Below, one piece after another: positions 49,858-60,622 of a stretch of DNA of 64,000 bases. A model generated the notes under the pieces. The model was not told where the DNA came from, searched no databases, and worked only from the letters and a program-made list of their open reading frames with translations. Within the stretch, counting starts at the first letter, position 1. Each line of letters opens with the position of its first letter. This DNA is from Candidatus Doudnabacteria bacterium (lineage in GTDB: Bacteria > Patescibacteriota > Doudnabacteria > UBA920 > VMFF01). A program made the translations under genes and the position numbers. Location of the stretch: positions 16,574 through 80,573 of the forward strand of contig CAWIZL010000004.1 in assembly GCA_963840645.1 (NCBI GenBank). Reading direction: 5' to 3'.

Positions 49858-50857
49858 TCAATCCTGCGCCGGGTTAAATTCGCGCGCCATCGCCGTAGCC
49901 GCGGCAAACTCCTGCTGTGCTCCAGCAGCATCGCCGAGTTGTTGCTTGAGGCCCGAACGGCGAATGTGCGATAAATGCGGGCGCCTCCTCGCTTTTCGAC
50001 GAGCTCGCCAGATAATTCTCCAGCATCTGCGCGGCAAGTTGCGGATTGCGCTTGGCCGCGATCAGCACGCCTGCGCCGTCATACAGTCCGACGCCCGGGT
50101 GCTTGTCGCCGCCGCGGCGCTCACGCAATTCTGAATCGCCGCATCCAGATCGGACCAGCGCTGGCGGCCACGATAAAAATTCGCCAAGACCGTCCAATCG
50201 TCAGCCGGATTTGGACTCGTCGTCGCCGCCTGTTTGTATTGCGGTTTCTGCCGTGGTGTAATCCTTGCCGCCACGGCGATGTCGCCCCGCAATTGCGCTG
50301 CTCTCGCTGCGTCCACCTTGTCGAGCTGCGAGGCAACTGCTGCGCTTTGCTCGTCCCACCGCCCGCGATGCTCGGCGCCTGCGCATAATAATCGCCCAAG
50401 TCAGAGAGCGCCGGCCCATTCTGCGGATTCAGTTGCACCGCGGTCTGCATCTCCGCGAGCGATTTTTTTGCATCGCCATAGGCTGAGAGAAACGATGCGT
50501 GGCTGGCCTGCTGGCCCAATGCCCGCCCCAGCCACATGAGATAGTCCGAGTTCTTGCTGTTCAGATTGACTGCCTGCTGGCACTCGCCGCACGCCTGGTT
50601 CCACTGCTTGCAACTCGAACCGCACCCGGCACAATAGGTTCTGCGCCTGCGTCCGCGCCGGCGCCGGTTGCGGGCAGCGGCGTAAGCAGCGCGAGCGCTT
50701 GTCGGCCTGCCCATTCTGCAGATAAGTGTTTGCCTGCGTAAGCGTCGCCGCGGAAATTTGCGCGGAAGCAACAGCGCCCCGGCAATCGCTAGGTCGCCAC
50801 GCTCGCCAAAAATAGCGCAACTGCTTTTGAAATCTCTTTCACCGGGCTTCCTTGCAT
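49858..50857 (-). pseudogene. membrane-anchored TPR-repeat protein, multiply frame-disrupted as sequenced
   Basis: ATG 50857 overlaps the adaptor stop (TGATG). MQGSPVKEISKAVALFLASVAT.. anchor. TPR-like SDYLMWLGRALGQQA, ALSDLGDYYAQAP. Probable end ..AMAREFNPAQD* (TGA 49858..49860). Confidence 0.6.
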
Positions 50858-52102
50858 CACCTGACTTCCTTGATCGGCACGCCCTCCTGCAAGGGCTGCC
50901 CGTTGGTTGTTCCGATGGCGACCATGTCGCCGTCCTCGAGGCCTGAGAGAATCGGCACCTGGGTTACGGTTCGAGGTCCAATGGTGACCGCAACTCGCTT
51001 CAACTCGTCACCCACGACCTTGAAGACAAAGTATTTTCCGTCCTGTTCGTGCAGCGCTTCGCGCGGCATGCTCAGAGCATTCGGCTTGCTTGAAATTGTT
51101 ACCGTGACCGTGACATTGGTGTCGGGCAGCAGGCCGTCGTCGCGCCCATCGAAATCGATCAGCACCTCGCCCACGTTGCGCGTGGTGTAGTGACCACGGC
51201 TGCACGGAAGCCGGATAATGTGCCCGTGCCATTCGCGGCCCGGTTTCGCATCCCAGCGAATCACGACTGCTTCTCCCGTTGCCAGCCGGCCCAGATCAGG
51301 CTCGTCAAAGTAGCCGCGCACGCGCTCGTGGCGCAGGTCCGCCATCTCTAGCAGCAGCTTGCCGGCTTCGGCGTACTCTGAAGGCGCAGCGTCCATGGTG
51401 TAGATCGTTCCCGTCACTGGGCGCATAGATTGAAGTTTGCGCCTCGACATGCTGCGCGGCGGCCAATGCTGCTTCCGCGTCGCCCAGCGCTGCCTGGGCG
51501 CGGGCAATCTCCTGCGGTTGAGAAACGATGTTGCCGTTTTGTTGCGCCGCATTCAGGCTGGCCTGCGCGGTTGCCAGGCGCTCTCGCGCCGACGCTACTT
51601 CGCCGGGCGAAGCGGCGCCGGTCGCGGCCAGCTTGGTCAGCGCATCCAGATCGTGCTGCGCCTGATCGCGCGCCAGGCGATCCTGCTCGACCTCTGCGGC
51701 GGATGCCTGCCGTTCGGCCTGGGTGCCGTTGTGCGAGCCGCGTCCAGATTTGCCTGCGCCGACTTTCACGCGCGCTCTCAGCGCTCGCCACTTGTGCGCG
51801 GGCCGCCACGTCATCGAATGTCAGACCATCAGTTTGCCGCTATGCACCTGGTCGCCTTCCTGCGCATACACGGCTTTCACCGTGGTGGCGAGCGGGCTGT
51901 AGAACTGATAAGGGGCAACCGGCTCCACGCGCCCGTTGTTGCTCACGGTGTTTTGCAGCATCGTGGCTGCTCCACCTGCGCCACGCGCACCGGCAACCGA
52001 TCTCGCAGAAAGATACCGCGCCAAGAAAAATACGGCAATCAGGACGACTGCCGCACCGATCCAAAGCCAGCGGCGGTTCATTTGCGTTCTTGCTTCAGCC
52101 AT
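50857..52102 (-). pseudogene. HlyD/MacA-type periplasmic adaptor (membrane fusion protein), multiply frame-disrupted as sequenced
   Basis: MAEARTQMNRRWLWIGAAVVLIAVFF anchor, lipoyl-like ATTVKAVYAQEGDQVHSGKL, coiled coil, SIYAPVTGTIY, and C-terminal ..VTIGPRTVTQVPILSGLEDGDMVA. Confidence 0.8.
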
Positions 52103-52171
52103 GCAATTAACCAAAGTCAGTATATAAGACTCGAATCGTTGAAGTTAGGATTCAGACAAAAGATGGCGGCG

Positions 52172-52200
52172 GAGTTAGCGGGGTCAGCGGAGCTAGCGGA
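52172..52200. repeat. family E short tandem motif (GAGTTAGCGGGGTCAGCGGAGCTAGCGG)
   Basis: In the divergent spacer between the adaptor gene and queF. Confidence 0.5.
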
Positions 52201-52329
52201 GCCAGGCCTCTGATCGATTGAAGAAGAGCCTCCCGTGCCCCGTCCATTCGCCGTTGTCTGGCGAACGGCGTGGGAACCTACCAAAGCCAAAAGTACGAAT
52301 TCATAGGATAAGAGAACTAAAATAATCCC

Positions 52330-52720
52330 ATGACCGCTCCCCGCTACACCGACGAGCACGCAAAAGCCGGCCTGGACTTCGACTTTCCCCCCATCGAGAC
52401 CTGGCAAAATCAGTTTCCCGGTTACGAGATTCAGATCGACGATCCGGAGCTGACTTCCGTTTGCCCGAAAACCGGCCTGCCCGACTTCGGCGTGCTCACC
52501 ATCCGCTACATGCCGCAGAGAGCGCTGCCTCGAACTGAAATCGCTCAAAGAATATCTCTTCAGCTACCGCAACCTAGGCATTTTTCAGGAAAATATCGTC
52601 AACCAGGTTCTGGAAGATATCGTGAAGGCCTGCGATCCCGTGTGGGCCGTAGTAAAAGGCGAGTTCCGCCCCCGCGGCGGCATCGGCACCACCGTAGAAG
52701 CGCGCTGGCCGCGGCCGTAG
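52330..52720 (+). pseudogene. queF: NADPH-dependent 7-cyano-7-deazaguanine reductase (unimodular QueF), one frame change as sequenced
   Basis: ..ELTSVCPKTGLPDFGVLTIRYMP.. then, after a shift near 52525, (C)LELKSLKEYLFSYRNLGIFQENIVNQVLEDIV..RGGIGTTVEARWPRP* (TAG 52718..52720). Confidence 0.9.
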
Positions 52721-52766
52721 TTTTTGAAGAAACCTACTTCAGCGCAAGTTCCGCTGCTGGCCCCGC

Positions 52767-52822
52767 ATTTGTAGCGCCGGCCTCCCGGCCGGCTGTACTG
52801 AGGACCTCCCGGCCCTCAGAGC
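52767..52822. repeat. family B hairpin repeat
   Basis: atttgtagcgccggcctcccggccggctgtactgaggacctcccggccctcagagcc, near-identical to 37368..37424. Confidence 0.85.
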
Positions 52823-52968
52823 CCCGTCGCTCCCTCGCTCACTGTTTTCTTGTTCCCCTGGTCCCTTGTTCCCTCGGTCCCTGTTTCTGTGGTATTCCTT
52901 GGACTTCGCGAAGCTCTCAACCGGACTTCAGACCCTTGCCAACTTCTCTCCAATCGCTGCGCCCCCGC

Positions 52969-54234
52969 ATGAATCCCGCTCTGGGAACATTTCTGCTGCT
53001 GATCGCGCTCAATCTGCTCAATTACCTCGATCGCTACATCCTCCCCGGTGCGCAGCCACTCGTCCAGAAAGAGTTCAGCGCAACCGACCAGCAAATGGGC
53101 GCGCTCACCACAGCATTCTTCCTCACCTACATGATCTGTGCGCCGCTCAGCGGTTGGCTGGGCGACTGGTTTCGCCGCAAGCCGCTCATCATCACCGGCG
53201 CGATTCTCTGGAGCCTGGCCACGCTCGGTACTGCCTTTGTGCACACCTACTTGAGCCTCTACACCTGGCGCGCGCTGGTTGGCGTAGGCGAGGCCACCTT
53301 CGGCATCTACGCCCCCGCCGTGCTCGCAGATTTCTATCCGGAGCGCGACCGCAACCGCATCCTCTCCATCTTCTATCTGGCCATTCCCGTAGGCGCGGCA
53401 TTCGGCTATCTTGCGGGCGGGGAACTGGGCAGCCTGTGGGGATGGCGTCGGCCCTTTCTCCTCTGCGCCATCCCCGGCCTGATCATCGCCGGGCTCTACG
53501 GCGTGTGGGGCCGCGAGCCGGAACGCGGCGCGAAGGACCATCGCGAGAAGCAGGCCAGAACGCCAGCTCAGACTCATTCTAGAGATGTATCTCCGAAAGC
53601 GCTGCTCAACTTCATCTGGGAGCGCCGCAAAATCCTCATGAACCCGGCCTTCCTCGCCTCGACCTTTAGCCTGGCCGCCATCACCTTCGCGCTGGGTGGA
53701 ATCTCCGCCTGGGTGCCCACGTTTCTGCACCGCGTCAACGGCCTCTCCGTGGCCAATGCCAGCCTCGTGGTCGGCGCCATTACCGTCATCGACGGCATTG
53801 GCGGCACCATTACCGGCGGTTGGATCGCGCACCGCTGGCAGCGCACCAACCACCGCGCCCTCTACCTGGTTTCGTTCTGGAGCGTCGTTCTCACCATCCC
53901 CTTCGGCGCTCTGGTTTTCTTCGGACCCCACTCAACCACCATTCCCGCGCTCTTTTGCGCCGAGTTCTTCATCTTTTTGAATACTGGCCCGCTCAATGCC
54001 GCCATCGTCAACTCGGTCGAGGGAGCCGTACGCGCCACGGCAATCTCCATCAATCTCTTCTGCATCCACGCCTTCGGCGACACCTTCTCGCCGCAGATCA
54101 TCGGCGCCATCAGCGACCACTCAACCCTGAGCATCGGCCTCGGCGCGACCCTGGTTTCGCTCGTCATCGCCTGCTGCATCCTCTGGTACGGCGCGCGCTT
54201 CGCCCCGCCATACTACGAAGCCCAGGCACCCTAG
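52969..54234 (+). CDS. MFS transporter (Spinster-like)
   Basis: Internal ATG 52969 of track ORF 52330..54234. MNPALGTFLLLIALNLLNYLDRYIL, MFS motif GWLGDWFRRKP, 12 predicted TM segments. Confidence 0.85.
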   Translation: MNPALGTFLLLIALNLLNYLDRYILPGAQPLVQKEFSATDQQMGALTTAFFLTYMICAPLSGWLGDWFRRKPLIITGAILWSLATLGTAFVHTYLSLYTWRALVGVGEATFGIYAPAVLADFYPERDRNRILSIFYLAIPVGAAFGYLAGGELGSLWGWRRPFLLCAIPGLIIAGLYGVWGREPERGAKDHREKQARTPAQTHSRDVSPKALLNFIWERRKILMNPAFLASTFSLAAITFALGGISAWVPTFLHRVNGLSVANASLVVGAITVIDGIGGTITGGWIAHRWQRTNHRALYLVSFWSVVLTIPFGALVFFGPHSTTIPALFCAEFFIFLNTGPLNAAIVNSVEGAVRATAISINLFCIHAFGDTFSPQIIGAISDHSTLSIGLGATLVSLVIACCILWYGARFAPPYYEAQAP

Positions 54235-54242
54235 TCGGTGGA

Positions 54243-54310
54243 GGGAGGAGGGGCCTTCAGGCCCCTGAAGGATGGAGTCGGTGGTCCTGGCCTTCAGGCT
54301 CGGGCCTTCT
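54243..54310. repeat. hairpin repeat related to the family C tail (GGGGCCTTCAGGCCCCTGAAGGATGG ... GGCCTTCAGGCTCGGGCC)
   Basis: Directly after the MFS stop. Confidence 0.6.
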
Positions 54311-54393
54311 CATTGATTGTGTGTTGTTGCGCTTAAATTCTCATTTCTTCATAGGCCGTATCGACACTCAGGCCAACCGCAACACAAAGAAGC

Positions 54394-54463
54394 TTGTCAT
54401 CCTGAGCGAGGTTGGGAGCGTCCTTTGCTCCCAACGGAGTCGAAGGATCTGCGGTTGCTTTTC
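54394..54463. repeat. family A hairpin repeat
   Basis: ttgtcatcctgagcgagg-[ttgggagc gtccttt gctcccaa]-cggagtcgaaggatctgcggttgcttttcg. Confidence 0.8.
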
Positions 54464-54649
54464 GTCAGCGATGCTCGCCTCACAAGCCCGCGGGAGAATT
54501 AGTTCGCCGCCCGTTGCCGATTATTCCGCTGCTTTGGCGCACAATCCAGCTATGTGCAGCCAGAACCGGAACGTCAGGCATGCCTCCGGTCCGCACCGGT
54601 TTATACCCCTCCCGCACTCACCCACTGAAATTAATTAAAGAAAAACGTA

Positions 54650-55321
54650 CTACCTATACCCCGGTAGGGTATCAATATAGGTCGAGATCCATAACATCAG
54701 GTGAATCAATGGTATAGCCGAATAATTGCCCTGCAAAGCCGTCGAGCCAAGGCGAAAGACCGCACCACAATCGGTGCAAAAGGCTGGCGCTCCGCTATTT
54801 CCCCGGCAACGTCTCCTGATCGTGGTGTTCATAAACGCGCGGCGGCCGCCCTGGCCGCGCAGGTTGGGATCGTTCACCGGCGGCCGTTCCTGCTCGGCGT
54901 TGAAGCCGCGAGCGAGCAGGGGATTGGGCCTGAACTTCGGTGGACCGCCATAGAACTGGCGGGCATGGCTAAGGACCATGCCGGCCCGGCCGTGCATGGG
55001 CTGCACGATGCCGCGAATTTGCACGTCGGTGTCGCGATATTTCTTCAGCTCGCCGACATCGGCGCGGTCTTCCTGAAAGCTGACAACGGTGAAGCGGCAT
55101 TGCTCGTCCGTGGTTTGCGGCGAGCAGACGTCGAGGAACCGCGTGCCATCTGGAAGTTGCACCACATCATAGATATGCGCGGAAACGCAAATGTCTTTGT
55201 TGAGCATTTGCGTCGCCTGGTCGGCGGGGACGCACGGCTTGGGTTTGGCGGCAAACGCGAGCGCCGGCGCGCAAATGGGGATCACCGCCAGACAGGCGGG
55301 AGAGCTTGAACCGCATCGCAA
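54650..55321 (-). CDS. secreted hypothetical protein (ends uncertain)
   Basis: Track ORF starts at TTG. A better start is ATG 55316 with GGAG upstream, in another frame (MRFKLSRLS..), implying a shift near 55290 into ..[19 protein letters not shown].. A likely earlier stop (..[15 protein letters not shown] 54795..54797) requires a second shift. Confidence 0.55.
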   Translation of the reverse strand: MRCGSSSPACLAVIPICAPALAFAAKPKPCVPADQATQMLNKDICVSAHIYDVVQLPDGTRFLDVCSPQTTDEQCRFTVVSFQEDRADVGELKKYRDTDVQIRGIVQPMHGRAGMVLSHARQFYGGPPKFRPNPLLARGFNAEQERPPVNDPNLRGQGGRRAFMNTTIRRRCRGNSGAPAFCTDCGAVFRLGSTALQGNYSAIPLIHLMLWISTYIDTLPGYR

Positions 55322-55414
55322 ATCTCCGAGGAGAATTGTTGACAGCGTAGCGCGATAGGGGCAGGGAAAGGATGTGATGGCGATAGTGCTGCAAGAGCTC
55401 GTGAAGTGCAGTGC

Positions 55415-56671
55415 TTAGCGCGTGCCGACGAGTTCGCCGCGCTTCGCGCGCCTGCCCGTAGTGGCTCTCCACGTAGTGGTCGAGGATCTGCTTGAACTCG
55501 GCGACGATGGTATCGCCGCGCAGCGTAGTCGAAAGCTTGCCGTCGACGTAGACCGGCGCAACGGGATCCTCGAATGTGCCCGGCAGGCTGATGCCGAGGT
55601 TGGCGTGCTTCGATTCGCCGGGGCCGTTGACGACGCAGCCCATCACGGCGAGCTTCAGCTCTTCGACGCCGGGATACTTCTTGCGCCATTCGGGCATGGA
55701 GGTGCGCAGGTAGCTCTGAATCTGCTCGGCGAGCTCCTGGAAATAGGTGCTCGTCGTGCGGCCGCAGCCGGGGCAACTCGTCACCTGCGGCATGAAGCTG
55801 CGGATCGAGAGCGACTGCAGAATCTGCTGCGCGGCCTGCACTTCTTCCGTGCGGTCGCCGTTGGGCTTGGGCGTCAGGCTCACGCGAATCGTGTCGCCGA
55901 TGCCCGCGAGCAGCAGCGGCGCGAGTCCAGCAGTGGAGGCGATCAGCCCCTTCGAGCCCATGCCGGCTTCAGTCAGTCCGAGGTGCAGCGGATAGTCGCA
56001 GCGCGCGGCCAGAGCTTCGTGTAAACATCGAGCAGATCGCGCACGCCGCTCACCTTGGCCGAGAGAATGATCATGTCGTGGCCCAGGCCGTAGCGCTCGG
56101 CGGCCGCGGCAGAATCGAGCGCGCTCGCGATCATGGCCTCGATCATCACGTCGCGCGCGGGCAGCGGCTCAGGCCTGCTTGCTGTTCTCGTCCATCATGC
56201 GCGTCAGCAGCGACTGATCGAGCGAGCCCCAGTTGACGCCGATGCGCACCGGCTTGTGATTCTCGACCGCGCACTCCACCATGGTGCGGAAGTTGTCGTC
56301 GTCTTTGCGGCCGATCGAAACGTTGCCGGGATTGATGCGGTACTTGGCCAGCGCGCGCGCCGTGGCGGGATATTTCTTGAGCAGGATGTGGCCGTTGTAG
56401 TGAAAATCGCCGACGATCGGCACGCGCAGGCCGCGCTTCTCGAGACCTTCAACGATGTGCGGAACGGCGGCCGCAGCGTCTTCGTTGTTCACCGTGACGC
56501 GAACGAGCTCAGAGCCGGCAAGGGCCAGCGCCGCAACCTGTTCAATGGTGCGATTGCGACGTCGGCTGTGTCGGTGTTGGTCATCGACTGCACGACGACC
56601 GGAACTTCCCAGCCGACGCGCACGTGGCCGATTTTTACAGTTGGGGTTTTTCTGCGCTGAATCTCCGCCAT
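55415..56671 (-). pseudogene. ispG: 4-hydroxy-3-methylbut-2-en-1-yl diphosphate synthase, multiply frame-disrupted as sequenced
   Basis: [84 protein letters not shown]. At least 4 frame changes. Probable end ..[10 protein letters not shown] (TAA 55415..55417). Confidence 0.95.
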
Positions 56672-56847
56672 GCTTCTAGTTTACCCGGAATCAAGCCGCG
56701 TCGAACGCCGGGCGCGGTTACCCGCCGAGGTACGCGAATGCATACGCGGGCAAGCCAGTACTAGAGCCTATTCAGGTCGGATTTTGGCAAGATTTTGAAA
56801 AGAAAGGCCGTTAGTCGCCGCATTCGATCGATCAGCAGGCCCAGAAA

Positions 56848-58433
56848 TCAGGCGCGGACCACATCTTGATAGGCCGATGTAACACTGATTTGCTCGCAGA
56901 GAGGGGCAATGCCCATAGGCCTGCCGAAGTGCCATCCCTGAGCATACCGAACCCCGCGCTTCAGAAGGTACTGCGCCTGCGGTTCCGTCTCTACGCCCTC
57001 AGCAACCATTTCGAGGTGCAGCGAGTGGGCCATTTCGATGATATGCAGCACCACCTGGCTAGTAGCGCCGTCGGTATTGATGGTTTCCACAAAGGCGCGA
57101 TCGATCTTCAGCGTGTCGAGCGAGAGAGATTGCAGGCAGGAAAGGCTCGAGTAGCCGGTGCCGAAGTCGTCGATGGCTACGCTGAATCCCTTGGCGCGCA
57201 GAGAATTGATTAGCTCCGCGGTCTCGGGGCCCTGCAGGAAGGCGCGCTCCGTGGCTTCGATCTCGACGTTCTCGGGACGTGCTCCGGAAACGCGCAGGAA
57301 CTCGTCCATGGCATCAATGGTGCGGATGTCGCATAGGTCGGCTGCGGAAAAGTTCACGGCGACACAGAAGTGAGGATCGATCTTCAGGAACTGTGGCAGA
57401 TCGCGCGCCACCATCGCGAGGACCTCCGCCGTAATGAGTTGGATCATGCCGCACTGTTCCGCCTGGGGAATGAAATAATCGGGCCGCATGTCGGCGTAGC
57501 TGCTCTTCCAACGCAGCAGCGCTTCCGCGCCCACCACGCGCCGCGTCGCCAGCTCCACAACCGGCTGATAAAGCACAAACAGACTTCCGTCCTTGAGGGC
57601 GCGGCGAAGCATGGTGGGGAACGAGGAGTGCATGCGCGCAAGCAGGCTGGCCATCAGCGAGAAGACCGCCCCGCAGAGCACGCCGATGGGGATAAGGAGG
57701 AGCGCGAAGTGGGCAATGCGTTGGAAGATGTAGCGTTGCGGCGATGCCACCACAACAGCGAGATCCCACTGCGCGGAGCGCACCCGGGAAACCAGGTAGC
57801 CGCTATCCAGAATAGTCGAATCGGATCCTTGATCAATGGGGTCGAACCAATCGGTAGGGAAGTTCTGGCCCTGAACGGCCACAAGATCGTGATTGGGTGT
57901 AGATGGAACAAATACGGCGAGCTCGACATCCGTGCCTTCAGTCGAAACGTCAAGAGACAAGTTCGGGTCAACGATCATCGCAAATCCGCCGATCGCGACC
58001 ACGTCCAGCGGATGCGAAGGTTGGCCCCCCAGATTTCTTTTGAAGTATTCCGAGACACCGTGCCCGGTGACCAGATCTGGCTTGCCCAGTGCAATGAAAT
58101 TCGTGGCTCCCTGCGAAGTGCATAACAGAGTGTCGTGCGTGACACGGCCGATCGCCTTCATATAGCTGGATCCGAAATCTACTTGCCGCATGAGCCTGAT
58201 GTCCTGCGCCGAGCAGGGCGGCAGGTCAGCTTGCGTCAGTTTCTGCGCGTCTTGCTTGAATTGCCTTTGGGTCTCTTCGACGCGACGCAGCACCTCCTGA
58301 GCGTTGTTGAGGCTGAGCGTCTTTTCCGTCGTGTAGCTCTCCCACCAGGCGAGATAAACGGAGGCCAAAACGGGCGCAAGAAGGCTACGAGCGCACTGAA
58401 CAGTGCGATGCCGACTCGTATTTTTTTCGCCAT
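56848..58433 (-). pseudogene. CSS-motif sensor domain + EAL c-di-GMP phosphodiesterase, one N-terminal frame change as sequenced
   Basis: ATG 58433 MAKKIRVGIALFSALVAF.. (TM) shifts near 58375 into ORF 56848..58368. Periplasmic Cys pair (PPCSAQD.. / LLCTSQG), second TM, then EAL domain: YQPVV, EALLRW, EATER, DDFGTGYSS, KIDRAF, EGVET, QGWHF. Confidence 0.85.
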
Positions 58434-58851
58434 ACGTGAGCCTCTTCAGCAGGGTACGGTATTACCTAAGTTACCGATAGAGCGCAATCGAATGGGCCAT
58501 ACCATCACCCGTCCGATGCAGAAGAGGGGCGCAAAAGCTCCAAACCGCTACGACAATTAAACCTTTTTGATCTCCTGAAAGGCGCGTCGATTGGGCGTCG
58601 TTCCTGCGCCCGCGGCGTCGGGAGCAGGGTAGTAGGCACCGCGGATCTGGACCGATGGCGTGCAATGTTTTTCATCGCTCGAGGCGATGCTGAAGGCTGT
58701 CGCAATTCATCACAGTGTTCGCTGAACGTTGCACGCGACGGAGTGACGGCTTACGTTGCGGAGGCAAACTAAAGTTTTTGACGACAGTGCATCGGGATGT
58801 TCGGTATATTGTCGGCATCCCCCAAATCCGCGAGCAGCGCAGGTCCACTAA

Positions 58852-58903
58852 TTCGGATTCATCCGTTTCCTCGAAATCCGAACCGCAAAATCTGAACCGC
58901 AAA
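58852..58903 (+). promoter_or_regulatory. 8-bp inverted repeat plus 14-bp tandem direct repeat upstream of the methyltransferase gene
   Basis: TTCGGATT (58852..58859) and AATCCGAA (58875..58882). ATCCGAACCGCAAA (58876..58889) is immediately followed by ATCTGAACCGCAAA (58890..58903). SD AGGAGG at 58916..58921, GTG at 58928. Confidence 0.5.
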
Positions 58904-58927
58904 TTGAAATGTAAGAGGAGGTCAACT

Positions 58928-59940
58928 GTGGGCGACCAGCCGACACCGGAACACATCATGCAAATTGGCTTTGGCTTCTGGGCCTCAAAGACGCTTTTGA
59001 GTGCGGTCGAAATGGGCGTGTTTACCGAGCTGGCGAAGCGTCCTGGAAGCTTGGAAGAGTTGGCAGGCCGTTTGGGGCTGCATTCGCGGTCATCGCGCGA
59101 TTTTCTTGACGCGTTGGTGGCGCTGGGATTTCTCGAGCGGCGTGACGGAGAGTACTCCAACACGCGGGACACGGAATTGTTCCTGGACAAGCAAAAGCCA
59201 TCCTACATTGGCGGAATTCTGAGATGTGCAACCACCGGTCCTATGGCCATTGGGACCATCTGACGGAAGGACTGCGCACGGGCTTGCCGCAAAACGAATT
59301 GCGAGTCGGAGGCGCGCCTGTTTTCGAAACCCTCTACGCCGATCCGGCGCGGCTCAAAGAGTTTCTGAAGGCAATGACCGGCGTGAGCCGTGGCGCGAAC
59401 CTGGCCATCGCGGCTAAGTTTCCCTGGGCGCAGTACAAAACCGTTGTCGATAGCGGGCCGGCACAGGGCGATCTGCTGACGCAAGTGCTTTTGAAAAACC
59501 AGCACCTTCACGGCGTCGGCTTCGATTTGCCGGAGGTGGGTCCGATCTTCGAGGAATATGTTGAAGCTCACGGATTATCCTCGCGGCTCCGTTTCCAGCC
59601 GGGGAGCTTCTTCACCGAAGCGTTGCCGACGGCAGATGTGATCATGATGGGACACATTCTGCACGACTGGGATCTTGAGCAAAAGCGCATGCTAATCGCA
59701 AAAGCATACGACGCTCTTCCCAAGGGCGGCGCGCTGCTCGTGTACGACGCAATGATCGACGACGACCGCTCGAAAAACGCTTTCGGCCTCATGATGAGCC
59801 TGCACATGATGATTGAAACCTACGGCGGCTTCGACTACACCGGAGCCGATTGCCAGGGATGGATGCGCGAAGCCGGATTCAAAGAGACGCGCAAGGAGCA
59901 CTTGGTGGGGCCGGACTCGATGGTAGTGGCAATCAAGTAA
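58928..59940 (+). pseudogene. class I SAM-dependent O-methyltransferase (family 2, with N-terminal dimerisation/winged-helix domain), one frame change as sequenced
   Basis: [24 protein letters not shown].. (dimerisation domain) in ORF 58715. After a shift near 59220, ORF 59224..59940 continues: ..[11 protein letters not shown].., [25 protein letters not shown]. Confidence 0.8.
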
Positions 59941-59991
59941 GGAATTTGTGATTAGGGGCCGAGGCCGACGCGATCCATTGCTCCTGCGCTT

Positions 59992-60504
59992 TCAGTCCGC
60001 TTGCTTGAGCAAGGTCCAGATCCAGCCAATAAATGTGAGAACGAGAAACGGATACGCCATGTAAGGCAATGGCTTGGATATCGGCAGGATTTGTTCTCCC
60101 CAGAAGATTCTCAATGAGGTAATGGCGAAAAGCAGAGCGCCAATAAAGCCTGCGATGCGCGTCCAGATGAGGAAGGTTTTCGGCGTGCTGACGAGCAGCA
60201 GGCCAGCGGCCCACAAAGCTGTGCCGGCGGCGAAGGAGGGAACGCTGGCTTCAAGCGAAGCGGCAGTTCCGCCGAGCATCACAGCCTCGCCAATGGCATA
60301 GACGAGAAAACCGCCAGCGACGCAGTCGTTCCCTTTGCGGAAGTAGATCAGAGCCAGCAGGGAGGCGGCGACTACCAGGGCGGTGCCGTCAATTGCCCAC
60401 GAGACAGCACGCACATTTTGCGCCGTCACCATCGTCCCGACCATGCCAAGCGCACCGCCAAGAGCAAGCCCGGCGATAGCGACGATCTTTAGCGGATTTC
60501 TCAT
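59992..60504 (-). CDS. hypothetical polytopic membrane protein
   Basis: Start at M34 of ORF 59992..60603 (MRNPLKIVAIAGLALGGALGMVG..). About 6 hydrophobic segments. No family recognised. Confidence 0.6.
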   Translation of the reverse strand: MRNPLKIVAIAGLALGGALGMVGTMVTAQNVRAVSWAIDGTALVVAASLLALIYFRKGNDCVAGGFLVYAIGEAVMLGGTAASLEASVPSFAAGTALWAAGLLLVSTPKTFLIWTRIAGFIGALLFAITSLRIFWGEQILPISKPLPYMAYPFLVLTFIGWIWTLLKQAD

Positions 60505-60622
60505 AACGATTGAAATCGTATAACAGCATGGGAACAAATGGCGAGAGTGTTGTGCGCCCTGAATTTCGACGCGGCGAAAGTGAAATGGGGCGGTGGCAAG
60601 CACTGCTTTGCGCCCGTGGCCG

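Noticed and set aside
52200-52329. Possible preQ1 riboswitch in front of queF (A-rich tail ..gagaactaaaataatccc before the ATG)
   Set aside because: I could not find the short P1 hairpin and conserved loop of preQ1-I/II/III immediately upstream. The only good hairpin (cgccgtt..aacggcg, about 52245..52266) is too far away and has the wrong shape. This needs an Rfam scan to be certain.
52330-54234. 634-aa ORF in the track that could be taken as one large protein
   Set aside because: It is a chimera. The queF N-terminus (to about 52525) is followed by out-of-frame queF sequence, then a family B repeat that happens to stay open, then the MFS transporter, which has its own ATG at 52969.
5297-54463. 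The repeated elements as a CRISPR array
   Set aside because: The copies are dispersed over 50 kb, irregularly spaced, of several families and orientations, with no unique-spacer architecture and no cas genes.
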